Part shown: in pieces, positions 18,486 to 27,506 of the stretch | How the letters are laid out: each line of letters begins with the position of its first letter | Numbering within the stretch: position 1 is the first letter of the stretch | Assembly (NCBI GenBank): GCA_051382305.1 | Contig: JBBCAV010000405.1 | Coordinates: 1-35,640, forward strand | Reading direction: 5' to 3' | DNA: 35,640 bases | Source: Bdellovibrionota bacterium FG-2 | GTDB lineage: Bacteria; Bdellovibrionota; UBA1018 | The notes under the pieces: model-generated | Database searches by the model: none | What the model saw: the letters and a program-made list of their open reading frames with translations, nothing else | Told to the model about the DNA's origin: nothing | Position numbers and translations under genes: made by a program

Positions 18486-19661
18486 CTAAAAGTAATATTT
18501 CAATCCCGCCGCCAGTTGCAGAGGCGCGCCGATTGCGCGGCCATCAGGAAACGTAAAGGTGTGAGCGCTTAACTCAGCACCCTTCGTACCCAACGGGAGC
18601 TGGGCGGTGAAATAAACCTCGGAATTATCGCTGAGCGAGTGCGTGAGGTTGGGGACGAACAAGAGGCTTCGATCAAAGAGATTGATCAGTGCGCCGCCCG
18701 TGAGAATCCAAAAGGCTGAGAGGTTATGGGTTAACTGCGCATATCCGTAAGCGCGGCCCCGCAGGTTTCTAAAACGTGAATCGATGCTAAGTGTATAATC
18801 TTTAGAATTTGCAACCCCGTGACTTAGATAAAGAAACTCTACAAGGGTGGCCCATTTTTCATTCAGAGCGAGCTCACCTCCGAGACCTGCTTGAAACTCC
18901 TGATCGTGAACCCAAAGCGACTCGCCCCGCAGAGTCATCCCGGAAATGTCTTTGGAAAAGGCGAGGCCCGAGACGCTTTTCTCCCACCATTGAGAGAAGA
19001 GCGCATGAAATTCGAGTTCAGGGTTATACCAGGTGAATTCACCGGCTCGCACAGCATCGGCAGAGGTCGGTCCTTCGAGATCAAATAGCTGAACATTGTA
19101 ATTTTTAAATTGGGTTCGGAAACCTGCAATATCTTGGCTAAAGACTAAAGCGGGTCCTGCGGCATTGGGCAGGGGTCGGGTGAATTTGTTCCATACGGGC
19201 AAGACTTTGAGGACGCCCAGGCTTAGCGGCTTTCGTCCGGCGTAGATTTCAAATGTTTTCTCAGCGTACGACGCGTTGAGTTTTTCAAAATCCCCAATCC
19301 AATAATTGTTCGTGTTTGAAAAAAATTTAAAATCTAGATTCATGAAACGCGAGGGTGCGATGACTGTGAGGCGTGCGGCGTCGGCCAAGGGGACTGAGGC
19401 GCCGGGGCTGCGCAATCCGCGAATCTCGGGACGGACTTCTAGTTGAAAACCAGATTCTCGAGCGCGCAGCTGGGATCCCACGACACACCAGCCATCGAAG
19501 GTGGAATCAAGGGTGGAAAACCCGGTTTGGTGGAGCCTGCGATAGTCCCCAAAGAACAGCGCATCGCTGCGACTTTCAAATTCTACAGCGCTTAAGGGCA
19601 GCGCTGCGAGGCTTGCGGCTAGTAAAAGTCCTAAGATCTCGAGAATCAGAGCTGTTTTCAC
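18486..19661 (-). CDS. Outer-membrane beta-barrel protein, probable partner of the LolA-like/ABC system
   Basis: Signal peptide from GTG 19661, amphipathic strands, C-terminal LKYYF. Confidence 0.75.
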   Translation of the reverse strand: MKTALILEILGLLLAASLAALPLSAVEFESRSDALFFGDYRRLHQTGFSTLDSTFDGWCVVGSQLRARESGFQLEVRPEIRGLRSPGASVPLADAARLTVIAPSRFMNLDFKFFSNTNNYWIGDFEKLNASYAEKTFEIYAGRKPLSLGVLKVLPVWNKFTRPLPNAAGPALVFSQDIAGFRTQFKNYNVQLFDLEGPTSADAVRAGEFTWYNPELEFHALFSQWWEKSVSGLAFSKDISGMTLRGESLWVHDQEFQAGLGGELALNEKWATLVEFLYLSHGVANSKDYTLSIDSRFRNLRGRAYGYAQLTHNLSAFWILTGGALINLFDRSLLFVPNLTHSLSDNSEVYFTAQLPLGTKGAELSAHTFTFPDGRAIGAPLQLAAGLKYYF

Positions 19662-19669
19662 GTGCGCCC

Positions 19670-19741
19670 ACGTTACCAAGCGGCAAGCAGGGTGTCAAAG
19701 TGGGTTATCGACTTGCGGCATTTCAGCCATTCTTTTATAGT
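19670..19741. promoter_or_regulatory. Divergent sigma70 promoters
   Basis: Minus: TTGACA(19698-93)-17-TAACGT(19675-70) with TGn. Plus: TTGCGG(19713-18)-17-TATAGT(19736-41). Confidence 0.6.
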
Positions 19742-19773
19742 CTAGCATCCAAACAAATTGAGGGACTAATTAT

Positions 19774-20595
19774 ATGACCAAGAACCACTCCGGCCCTCCC
19801 CCCGTCATTTTGCTTCTTCAAGACGCGCTCTTTTTCTCCGTCGCGGCTTTTTCTCACGGACCCGCCCTGTACTCTTGCTTTCGACTGTTCACTGAAGCGG
19901 AAGCCCGCGGAGTTTCGATGTGGGCGGTCTTGCCCTTCTCGCTGGTGGTTTATCCTTTGGTAACGCTTTTCATTCTATGCGGGCTGGATCGATTGATTCC
20001 TCGTGTTCCCGAAGGTCGCCACAAATTGGGCGGCCGGATCTTTATTTTTTGGGGCCTGCATCTTATTATTTACCGCGCGGCCAGACTGCCGCCGCTGACG
20101 TGGCTCGTGCGGTATTCGAATGTTTTGCGTTTTGTTTGGCTTAACGGTTTAGGTGCCAAGGTTTCTTTTCGCGCGCAACTCAGCGGGGATGTGAATGTGC
20201 TGGATCACAGGCCTCTCGCCATTGGTGCGGGTGCAGTGATCGGGAGCGAGACCTTGATCTCCACCCACATTGTGATGGGAGACTCGCTGCGGGTGGGTGC
20301 CGTGACGGTGGCTGCTGGCGCGCTCGTAGGAGGGCGTTGCGTCCTTGGGCCGGGCTCGACAGTGGGCGCAGGTGCTACAGTTATGTTAGGCGCTGAAGTG
20401 GGAATGGGTTCTACCATTGGTCCCGGCGCGCTGTTGCGAGCGCATTGCGTGGTGGATAGCAAAGTGGATGTGGGCGCGGGAGCAACGCTTGAGGCGTTTA
20501 CCTATGTGCCGCCCAAAACGATTATTCCCGCTGGCGAGCGCTGGGGTGGAATTCCTGCTCGTCGGTTATCGGAGGCCTCCCTTGAAACCCAGTGA
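19774..20595 (+). CDS. Membrane-anchored left-handed beta-helix (hexapeptide) acyltransferase-like protein
   Basis: N-terminal TM helices, LGAKV, many [IV]GxGA hexapeptides, terminal WGGIPAR. Confidence 0.82.
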   Translation: MTKNHSGPPPVILLLQDALFFSVAAFSHGPALYSCFRLFTEAEARGVSMWAVLPFSLVVYPLVTLFILCGLDRLIPRVPEGRHKLGGRIFIFWGLHLIIYRAARLPPLTWLVRYSNVLRFVWLNGLGAKVSFRAQLSGDVNVLDHRPLAIGAGAVIGSETLISTHIVMGDSLRVGAVTVAAGALVGGRCVLGPGSTVGAGATVMLGAEVGMGSTIGPGALLRAHCVVDSKVDVGAGATLEAFTYVPPKTIIPAGERWGGIPARRLSEASLETQ

Positions 20596-21613
20596 GACCG
20601 CTAAAGGCTACTTTTTTGAACTGACTCCAGAGCGAGTCTTAGACGCAGTCGAGACATCAGGGCTTCGTTGCACGGGGCGTTGTTTGGCGCTTAATAGCTT
20701 TGAAAACCGAGTCTATGACGTCGAACTCGAGAATCAGGATGACGCGTTGGATGCGGGCGTCCCTCAGAATTCTGTTCAAAACCGTCGCGTGATTAAGTTT
20801 TATCGCCCTGCGCGTTGGAGTAAGGAGCAGATTCTAGAAGAACATCAGTTTTTGTTGGATTTGGCGCAAGAGGAAATTCCAGTTATTGCCCCTTTGCCGT
20901 TTCCGGATGGCTCCACGCTGTATGAAACGCCAGGCGATGGAATCTACACCGTTATTTTCCCAAAGGTCGGTGGCCGCTCGCCCTCTGAATTGTCGGTTGA
21001 ACAGTTTCGGAGAATTGGGCGATTACTCGGGAGAATTCATAACGTGGGCGCCAAGCGTCAGGCGGTTCACCGGTTGAGTTTGACGTCTGAGACCTATGGC
21101 ATGGCAAACCTCGAGTTTCTCTTGAAAGGCGGCTGGGTCGCCCTTGAATTTGAAAGAAGATATAAAATGGTGGTCGGTGAAATTTGTGAGGTACTCACTC
21201 CCCAGTTTAAGAAGTTCCCCGAGATTCGAATTCATGGAGATTGCCACCGCGGCAATTTATTGTGGAACGAGCAGGGTCCTTTCTTTTTGGATTTTGATGA
21301 TTTTGTGCGAGGCCCCGCGGTTCAGGATTTTTGGCTTTTGCTGCCGGGTCGAGTAGGGGAGTATCCTCTGGAGGTCGAAGCCTTGGTTGATGGTTATCGC
21401 GAAATGCGTGAATTTGACTCGCGATCTTTGTCCTTGATCGAGGGATTAAGAGCGTTGCGCTACATTCATTACACGGCATGGATTGCCAGACGCTGGGAAG
21501 ACCCGGCTTTTCCGCTCGCCTTTCCTCATTTTAATACTTTTCGTTATTGGGAAGAAGCGACGAGCGATCTCGAAGAACAGTTGCGTCGAATCCGTCAAAT
21601 TTTTGGCTCTTAA
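20582..21613 (+). CDS. srkA: Stress-response Ser/Thr kinase SrkA (RdoA/YihE)
   Basis: LNSFENRVY, KFYRPARWS, IHGDCHRGN, LDFDD, AVQD, ARRWEDPAFP; TTG start with SD GGAGG. Confidence 0.93.
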   Translation: MKPSETAKGYFFELTPERVLDAVETSGLRCTGRCLALNSFENRVYDVELENQDDALDAGVPQNSVQNRRVIKFYRPARWSKEQILEEHQFLLDLAQEEIPVIAPLPFPDGSTLYETPGDGIYTVIFPKVGGRSPSELSVEQFRRIGRLLGRIHNVGAKRQAVHRLSLTSETYGMANLEFLLKGGWVALEFERRYKMVVGEICEVLTPQFKKFPEIRIHGDCHRGNLLWNEQGPFFLDFDDFVRGPAVQDFWLLLPGRVGEYPLEVEALVDGYREMREFDSRSLSLIEGLRALRYIHYTAWIARRWEDPAFPLAFPHFNTFRYWEEATSDLEEQLRRIRQIFGS

Positions 21614-21637
21614 GTTTTCATTCAATCCTGTCGAAAC
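21610..21637 (+). promoter_or_regulatory. Sigma28-like promoter of the histidine kinase
   Basis: TTAA(GTTT)-N16-GTCGAAAC ending 7 nt before ATG 21645. Confidence 0.4.
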
Positions 21638-21644
21638 ATTGTTG

Positions 21645-23690
21645 ATGAAATGGGCCACTGAGAGTCAGCGGGCTTTACGCGCGCGATTCGCTTCTCAAAT
21701 TTGTTTAAGTGTTGCTCTGGGGCTGAGCATGGCCGTCCTTGCAGGATGGGCTTTCGGTTTTTCGTTAGAAAGAGGGTTTTCTTCAGTCGCGTTTACGATG
21801 AAGGCAAATGCATCATTGGGCGCGCTTTTCTTAGGGATTTCACTATTAAATGAAGTCTTTTTTTCGCGAATCAGAATCCACCGCATTGGGCGATGGGCCG
21901 CAACCGGATCAGCGAGTCTGGCGATTCTTATCGGCCTGTCTGTAGTGACCGACGTCATGGCGCTTAACTTGTTGCTGCTTGGATTCTCTCGTCTGTGTTT
22001 GGATAAAAAAATCTATAGGTTTGACATTTATGCGACCGAACTCTTAGCTTCCTTAAGTATCCTGATCACCTTACCTAGCTTTATTGCCTACCTTTATGCA
22101 GATAATTTGCATTCTGCGAGCAATAGTTACCTCCCAATTTCGCTTGTCGCGTCCATCGTCTCCTTGAGTTTAGCATTTTCCCTTTTGTTCGCTCGGCCTG
22201 CACGGGGAGTGATGGATACGCTGACTTGCAATAAAACAGGAGGAATCCTTTTTAGAAAGATGATGCCTTGGGGCATTGGCGCCTTTGTTTTGCTGGGTTT
22301 TGTGCGTATTTTCACTCGCAAGTTCTCAATATTGGCGGTAGAATTCGGTGTGTCAAATCTGATCGTCGCGGGCATAGTGATCATAGTCGCTATCCTTTGG
22401 TATTGCGCAAGACTCGTCAATCGCATTGATGAAGCGCGGACGCGCGCAGAAATGCGTCACCAAGAAAATGAAGAAAAAATAATACTAGCTGAGCGGAAGT
22501 CCGCGGTGCAGATGTTGCGAGAAGTCGGGGCCCTTGAAGCCTCGAATTTAAAGTCAGAGTTTCTCGTTACCATGAGCCATGAGATTCGCACTCCATTAAA
22601 TGGAGTGATCGGGCTGACGGGGTTACTTTTGGATTCTGGACTAAATGACGATCAAACGAAGACTGCAAAAACCATTAAGAGTTCTGCTGATCATCTGCTT
22701 ACATTACTCAATGATATTTTAGATTTTTCAAAAATCGAAGCGGGTAAACTCGATCTTGAAGACCTACCATTTGATCTGGCTCAACTTATTGATGAAACGA
22801 AGAACATGCTCCTGTTTGCAGCCGAACAAAAAGGGATCGGACTTTTTGTCGAGCTTTTCCCTGATACACCATCAGCTCTTGTCAGTGACCCTGGCCGCTT
22901 GCGGCAGATTCTGACCAATCTCATCGGTAACGCGATTAAGTTTACTTCGCAGGGAAGTGTGTTGCTTCGAATTCGCGCGCTTTCACAGACCGACACGAGT
23001 GCGCAGCTCTTCTTTGAAATTCGAGATTCGGGGATTGGAATTTCACATTCAGGGGTTAGGAAGCTTTTTCAAGCCTTCTCTCAGGCCGATGCTTCAACAA
23101 CACGCAAATACGGGGGCACGGGGCTTGGGCTCTCGATCTCCAAGCGTTTAGTGGAAATGATGAATGGAGAAATCGGAGTTTTAAGCCGAGAAGGGCAGGG
23201 GTCTAATTTTTGGTTTACAATCGCAGTTAAGAAAGATCTCGCGCCTCAGCTTGTGCTGGGTGAGCATAGAGAAGAGCAGGGGAGTCCCCTACCCCAGCTT
23301 ACCGGTCGCATTTTGGTCGTTGAAGACAATCCCGTTAATCAAAAAGTGGCTCTAGCGATGTTAAGCAAATTGGGCTTTGCTGCGGATGCCGTAGGTAACG
23401 GCAAAGAGGCGCTCGCAGCGCTTCATACCCTGCCCTACGATTTAGTGCTCATGGATTGCTTGATGCCTGAAATGGATGGCTATGAAGCAACTCGGGAAAT
23501 GCGCAAAAGCTCGCACCCAGAGATTCGAAATCTCCCTGTCGTTGCCCTCACTGCGAACGCGGTTAAAGGGGATGATCAGCAATGCTTTGATGCGGGGATG
23601 AATGACTATCTCACGAAGCCCATCAAACGAGATGTGCTTAGCTTTACTATTGTGAAGTGGCTCAAGAAGACCACCCCAAAAGCCGCTTGA
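21645..23690 (+). CDS. Membrane hybrid sensor histidine kinase (TM-HisKA-HATPase-REC)
   Basis: [33 protein letters not shown], receiver VEDN...[11 protein letters not shown]...KP. Confidence 0.95.
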   Translation: MKWATESQRALRARFASQICLSVALGLSMAVLAGWAFGFSLERGFSSVAFTMKANASLGALFLGISLLNEVFFSRIRIHRIGRWAATGSASLAILIGLSVVTDVMALNLLLLGFSRLCLDKKIYRFDIYATELLASLSILITLPSFIAYLYADNLHSASNSYLPISLVASIVSLSLAFSLLFARPARGVMDTLTCNKTGGILFRKMMPWGIGAFVLLGFVRIFTRKFSILAVEFGVSNLIVAGIVIIVAILWYCARLVNRIDEARTRAEMRHQENEEKIILAERKSAVQMLREVGALEASNLKSEFLVTMSHEIRTPLNGVIGLTGLLLDSGLNDDQTKTAKTIKSSADHLLTLLNDILDFSKIEAGKLDLEDLPFDLAQLIDETKNMLLFAAEQKGIGLFVELFPDTPSALVSDPGRLRQILTNLIGNAIKFTSQGSVLLRIRALSQTDTSAQLFFEIRDSGIGISHSGVRKLFQAFSQADASTTRKYGGTGLGLSISKRLVEMMNGEIGVLSREGQGSNFWFTIAVKKDLAPQLVLGEHREEQGSPLPQLTGRILVVEDNPVNQKVALAMLSKLGFAADAVGNGKEALAALHTLPYDLVLMDCLMPEMDGYEATREMRKSSHPEIRNLPVVALTANAVKGDDQQCFDAGMNDYLTKPIKRDVLSFTIVKWLKKTTPKAA

Positions 23691-23715
23691 CGGCTCCCCT
23701 GGACTCGCCTATAAC
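23687..23715 (+). promoter_or_regulatory. Sigma70 promoter overlapping the kinase stop codon
   Basis: TTGACG(23687-92)-17-TATAAC(23710-15). Confidence 0.5.
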
Positions 23716-23744
23716 GCCCACAGTCACAAAAATAGGGGGTTCAA

Positions 23745-24074
23745 ATGAGATTCAAGATGTTAGTTTGTTTTCTGGTATTGGGTTTGGCTTCTTTGGCGCA
23801 GGTTTCACAAGCCGCGCAAGTTGAAACCGGCAGGGGCACCTATGAGATTACTTCAGCCCAAGTCATTAGTGCTGGGGCCAGCTGCTATCTCGTTTCCGTC
23901 GGCTATGATTCGCGCACGCCCTTGAGAGATTGTTTTAGCATTGGGTGTTTCTTTGATCCCGAAGAGGCAGACCAAATGGCTGCTATTCTTATGGATTCAA
24001 ATGATGCCGTATTGACCGTGAAGAAAGCCAATGACTGCAAGATAAACGATCAGGATGATTGGGAATTGAACTAG
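23745..24074 (+). CDS. Small secreted protein with four Cys in the mature part
   Basis: Signal peptide (SQA-A); G-rich SD upstream. Confidence 0.7.
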   Translation: MRFKMLVCFLVLGLASLAQVSQAAQVETGRGTYEITSAQVISAGASCYLVSVGYDSRTPLRDCFSIGCFFDPEEADQMAAILMDSNDAVLTVKKANDCKINDQDDWELN

Positions 24075-24096
24075 AACTAGAACTAGAACTAGAACT
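24068..24096 (+). repeat. Hexamer tandem repeat (GAACTA) x4.8 spanning a stop codon
   Basis: gaactagaactagaactagaactagaact. Confidence 0.92.
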
Positions 24097-24153
24097 CTCC
24101 TTTCGATCGGCCTAGGTCTTGGGTCTGATAAGAAGTATTATGTCAACCAATAG

Positions 24154-24579
24154 CTAGACGGGGAGAATTCTGACAAACCCAGCCTGTCCATAGGCTTTGA
24201 TTCTCGAATCATCGGTCACCAAAACTGCACCCAATTTTCTTGCGGTTGCGACCAAAATCCGATCGGCCGGATCGCCGTGAAACTCCCCCGGCAGCCGCGT
24301 GCTCTCAACTGAGATTTCTGGCAGCAACGGCGCGAATGAGATTCCGGGTGCCGCCAACGCCTGCTCCACCCAGTCCAAGCAAGACATCGGAAAATTTAGA
24401 CGTTGTTTAGCCTCCAGCATGGCGACTTCCCAAACGGAGATTGCAGCAACTTTCAAGGAATTTGCTTTTGAAGCTCTCTCAATGAACGCAAGACTTTTTG
24501 AATGCGCTAGTCTTTGGTTTCCATCAATGAGCCAAATCCAAACATGAGTATCCAGCAGAATTAGGTCAGTTTTCGACAT
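24154..24579 (-). CDS. vapC: VapC PIN-domain toxin #1
   Basis: LLDTHVWIW, SVWE, HGDPADRILVATA, VTDD. Confidence 0.93.
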   Translation of the reverse strand: MSKTDLILLDTHVWIWLIDGNQRLAHSKSLAFIERASKANSLKVAAISVWEVAMLEAKQRLNFPMSCLDWVEQALAAPGISFAPLLPEISVESTRLPGEFHGDPADRILVATARKLGAVLVTDDSRIKAYGQAGFVRILPV

Positions 24580-24796
24580 CCCACTTTTCTCCGACCGGCC
24601 CGATGATGTCACCGTGAATTGATACTGAGCCCTTTAGAAAACCAAAAACAGGTGGCGTGCGTTCATCGCCTTCAACAGGAACGAGCTTAGCTACGGGTTT
24701 GCCATACTTGGTCACGGTCACTTCTTCATGGTTTTTCTGAATATCGTCCATGATGCTCAAACACTTGGCTTTGAATTTTCCAGCAGCGATTTTCAT
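24566..24796 (-). CDS. Phd/YefM-family antitoxin
   Basis: MKIAAGKFKAKCL...VTKYGKPVAKLVP; overlaps the toxin start. Confidence 0.92.
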   Translation of the reverse strand: MKIAAGKFKAKCLSIMDDIQKNHEEVTVTKYGKPVAKLVPVEGDERTPPVFGFLKGSVSIHGDIIGPVGEKWDVEN

Positions 24797-24823
24797 AGGG
24801 ACTCATACCTGCCTTCAATAATA

Positions 24824-24852
24824 ATGGTATCATGGTCATAACTAATGGTCAA
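24824..24852 (-). promoter_or_regulatory. TA promoter with repeated operator-like sites
   Basis: TTGACC-17-TACCAT with TGn; TGACCAT occurs twice. Confidence 0.7.
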
Positions 24853-25051
24853 GATATAAATGTTAAGAAATATGGCGATATTACCTGTAGCGCGACAGGC
24901 TCGCAGTTGCGCGAAGACTTCATACACATTCAGTATTCAAGGGATATACCACCGCTAAATGAAGCAGGCTTGTTCTGGGGTCGTTTCGCTGTCTTTGAGG
25001 TGATGGAGTGTCTAGGATTTGGGCAGCCTGGGGGCTCGTTAAGGTCGCTCT

Positions 25052-25079
25052 ATTCGCGATAACTTATCTTATCGCGAAT
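25052..25079. repeat. Perfect 11-bp inverted repeat with 6-nt loop
   Basis: ATTCGCGATAA-CTTATC-TTATCGCGAAT. Confidence 0.8.
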
Positions 25080-25138
25080 GAAAATACGCAAGATGACAGG
25101 GGAACGGAAACCGATTTCCCAGAAAAACTATTCAAGAT

Positions 25139-25519
25139 CTATTGGCGAATAATGTGAACATCTGCGATATCGGCAAAATCATTATCTAGCGTAAGCAAGA
25201 GGGCTCCGGCTAATTGGGCATGAGCAAGTACAATACTATTAGCCATGGCCAATCCTTTTTGAAGTGCGATATCCGCCGCAGCCAGCGCTATTTCCCGGGT
25301 CATATCTACAACATCATGTTGGCTTAGGAGTGCGATTGCTGCGAGCGCCTGATCTTCTGATCGACACGCCGCTATTTTTTTGTAAACTTCGAAAAGAATA
25401 AGAGTTGGAACGGTAATTTTTTGCGCGTTTTTTATGGCGTTGGTGCATTCTTTATGGAGTGGCCCTTTGTTAAAGAGTTCGATCCAAACGGAAGAATCCA
25501 AGACGAGGCACGAATTCAA
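25139..25519 (-). CDS. vapC: VapC PIN-domain toxin #2 (third acidic residue appears as Asn)
   Basis: VLDSSVWIE, LFEV, LAMANS, TLDNDF. Confidence 0.9.
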   Translation of the reverse strand: MNSCLVLDSSVWIELFNKGPLHKECTNAIKNAQKITVPTLILFEVYKKIAACRSEDQALAAIALLSQHDVVDMTREIALAAADIALQKGLAMANSIVLAHAQLAGALLLTLDNDFADIADVHIIRQ

Positions 25520-25728
25520 AGGGAGCGATCCTTCTTTTCACGTAGGTTTTTCCTGTCCAAGCTATGGGCCAGTTCATCCTGAATCGCTTCAAGTGTCTGG
25601 AGCGGCACAAGATAGGCCACTTTTCCCTTGGCAATAACTTCAATTTGCGATCCTGCTCGAATGCCGAGCGCCGTCCGCACGGCTTCAGGGATAACGACTT
25701 GGTATTTTGGAGAGACTTTCACCGTCAT
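25516..25728 (-). CDS. AbrB/MazE/SpoVT-family antitoxin
   Basis: VKVSPKYQVVIPEAVRTALGIRAG; 4-bp overlap with the toxin. Confidence 0.92.
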   Translation of the reverse strand: MTVKVSPKYQVVIPEAVRTALGIRAGSQIEVIAKGKVAYLVPLQTLEAIQDELAHSLDRKNLREKKDRSL

Positions 25729-25734
25729 AGGCAG

Positions 25735-25774
25735 ATGTTAAACGATTACATGATCGATGTCAATATCGTTTAAC
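25735..25774 (-). promoter_or_regulatory. TA promoter with inverted-repeat operator; predicted leaderless
   Basis: TTGACA(25763-58)-17-TAACAT(25740-35)-6 nt-ATG; IR GTTAAACGAT(25737-46)/ATCGTTTAAC(25765-74). Confidence 0.75.
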
Positions 25775-25782
25775 TCGCCCCG

Positions 25783-26382
25783 TCACTCGTCCAACAACTC
25801 CCCTGTTTCGAGCAGCTGCTTTACGTCTTTGGGTAGGTTTTCGGCGGCTCTTTTTGCGCGGGCATCAAACTCTGGGTAATCCTCTGAAAGCTCTTCTGCA
25901 TTAAAATAGCAAAGCGCCAAGATCATCGAAGTCGTGTCTCGGTTCTTTAAACACTCTTCAAGCTCATCAAACAGGACGCGTGCTTTTTCAGGAGATTTCT
26001 CGGAGTCTTCCATCTTTTTTGCCAGCACTTCCGCAAAACGCATCAGCGAAGGCGGGTGCCCATGGGGATTAGCCGCGACCTCGACACGCATCTGCTCCGT
26101 ACTCGGAATGGGGAGCGATCGTGGCGTCAAATCCGCGCTGGGCTGAGACGAAGACAGCGGCGCGGGTTGCATCAGTGCAGCTCCTAAGGGCACGCCACTG
26201 GGAGGGGGCACGGGAACGACTTTGATCGCCTCCTCCCCTGCTCCATTTTTGAGATCTGAAAGCTCAATTGCATCGGGCGCACCCGCATGAGGAGCCGGGG
26301 GGTTGTTTCGGCTTTTGAGCGCAAATCCGATGGCGATTCCGATGATAATGATGCTCCCAATAGCGGCTGTCTTTTTTGTCAC
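25783..26382 (-). CDS. Membrane-anchored hypothetical protein (Pro-rich linker, helical C-domain)
   Basis: N-terminal TM; GTGA coupling to the upstream HExxH gene. Confidence 0.7.
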   Translation of the reverse strand: MTKKTAAIGSIIIIGIAIGFALKSRNNPPAPHAGAPDAIELSDLKNGAGEEAIKVVPVPPPSGVPLGAALMQPAPLSSSQPSADLTPRSLPIPSTEQMRVEVAANPHGHPPSLMRFAEVLAKKMEDSEKSPEKARVLFDELEECLKNRDTTSMILALCYFNAEELSEDYPEFDARAKRAAENLPKDVKQLLETGELLDE

Positions 26383-27452
26383 TGTTGAAAAATCTCCATA
26401 CCTTTGTCTATCTCAGGTGAGAGAATAGAATTTTGACCAGAGCTCGACATATCGGGGGGGCCCAACTTGCCTCTCATCATATCAGGAAACCGCTGCACTC
26501 GCGCGGCCGAATCCACATAAAATGCACGGGCCCATTGTTTCTGAAGTTGCGTGCAATTTGAACAACTTTCGGCCACCGCTAAAAAATATACAGCAGCGAT
26601 GGAATACGCGCCCCAGGGATGATCATCACACACCTTCAATCCAGCAAAATCATTCCCCGGAGGGCATTTGGTGTGAAAATGGCCGCAAGCATTGTTCCGA
26701 GGGTGATACCGATACCCACTTTTTATTTCGGCAACATCCTGCTCATCAAACCCGCCCGTACAATCGGAGTGCCGCGCCTCATGAATCAAAGTCCCGAGCC
26801 GAAACATAGAGATCACTTCAGGGGGGTAGGGCTTTTCAGCTACTTGCGAATAGCCAGGGCCCAGCTTCATAATCCCAATGCGAGAGGAATTCACTTCTCG
26901 TGTCTTTCCGCCTAATGAAAAAGTCTGATTTTGTCCTGGAGACGTTCGCCACTGTGTAAACCAAGTGATGGCACCAGTATTCTGAGCCATCGGAATTAAT
27001 TGTTCTGCCTGATTCTGGCTACCGACACTAGCACCCGAAGTACCGACGATTTTCGCGAGATCGGCATCATTCTTTAGCGAGAGAATAAAATTCAACCGGC
27101 GTTTCAGATATTTCTTAATTTGAGCAACACCCTCCCCTGCAAAAATAAGGCGAAAAGGCGTTCTAGGATCTGCGTTGAGCTGCATCTGGGACAAAACATT
27201 AACATCCTGGGCGAGCGATTCCCGCTCGAGATGGGAGAGGTTTGGATCAAGGCCAAAACCATAACTTAAGAGTTCCGTTTCGTCGGACAAACTAGGTCCA
27301 CTTGCCGATGCATAGCCCAAGGGCGTGATGCTAGCTACGGCGATAATCACGCTCACCGCCGCCAAGACCCCTATAATCGGTGCCCAAGCAGCGGAGTCGG
27401 TGACTTTTTTTGAGACCCAGGAACTTCCACAATTGACACGTAAGTGCGACAT
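26379..27452 (-). CDS. Exported putative zinc metalloprotease (HExxH), Cys-rich C-terminus
   Basis: Hydrophobic N-terminal segment; TLIHEARHSDC; several further Cys and His. Confidence 0.7.
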   Translation of the reverse strand: MSHLRVNCGSSWVSKKVTDSAAWAPIIGVLAAVSVIIAVASITPLGYASASGPSLSDETELLSYGFGLDPNLSHLERESLAQDVNVLSQMQLNADPRTPFRLIFAGEGVAQIKKYLKRRLNFILSLKNDADLAKIVGTSGASVGSQNQAEQLIPMAQNTGAITWFTQWRTSPGQNQTFSLGGKTREVNSSRIGIMKLGPGYSQVAEKPYPPEVISMFRLGTLIHEARHSDCTGGFDEQDVAEIKSGYRYHPRNNACGHFHTKCPPGNDFAGLKVCDDHPWGAYSIAAVYFLAVAESCSNCTQLQKQWARAFYVDSAARVQRFPDMMRGKLGPPDMSSSGQNSILSPEIDKGMEIFQQ

Positions 27453-27459
27453 CGGCGCT

Positions 27460-27488
27460 ATCTTAACGCAAAGCGTTATAAAAAGCAA
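27460..27488 (-). promoter_or_regulatory. Sigma70 promoter, predicted leaderless
   Basis: TTGCTT-17-TAAGAT-7 nt-ATG 27452. Confidence 0.6.
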
Positions 27489-27506
27489 ATTTACTTTACC
27501 AAATCC

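Noticed and set aside
20417-20581. Long N-terminus of srkA (likewise 4857, 16862, 21483, 24612 and 34370 starts)
   Set aside because: They overlap upstream genes; better starts with SD or promoter support lie downstream.
24832-25062. 76-aa plus-strand ORF between the TA modules
   Set aside because: Starts within the TA promoter, no SD and no motif.
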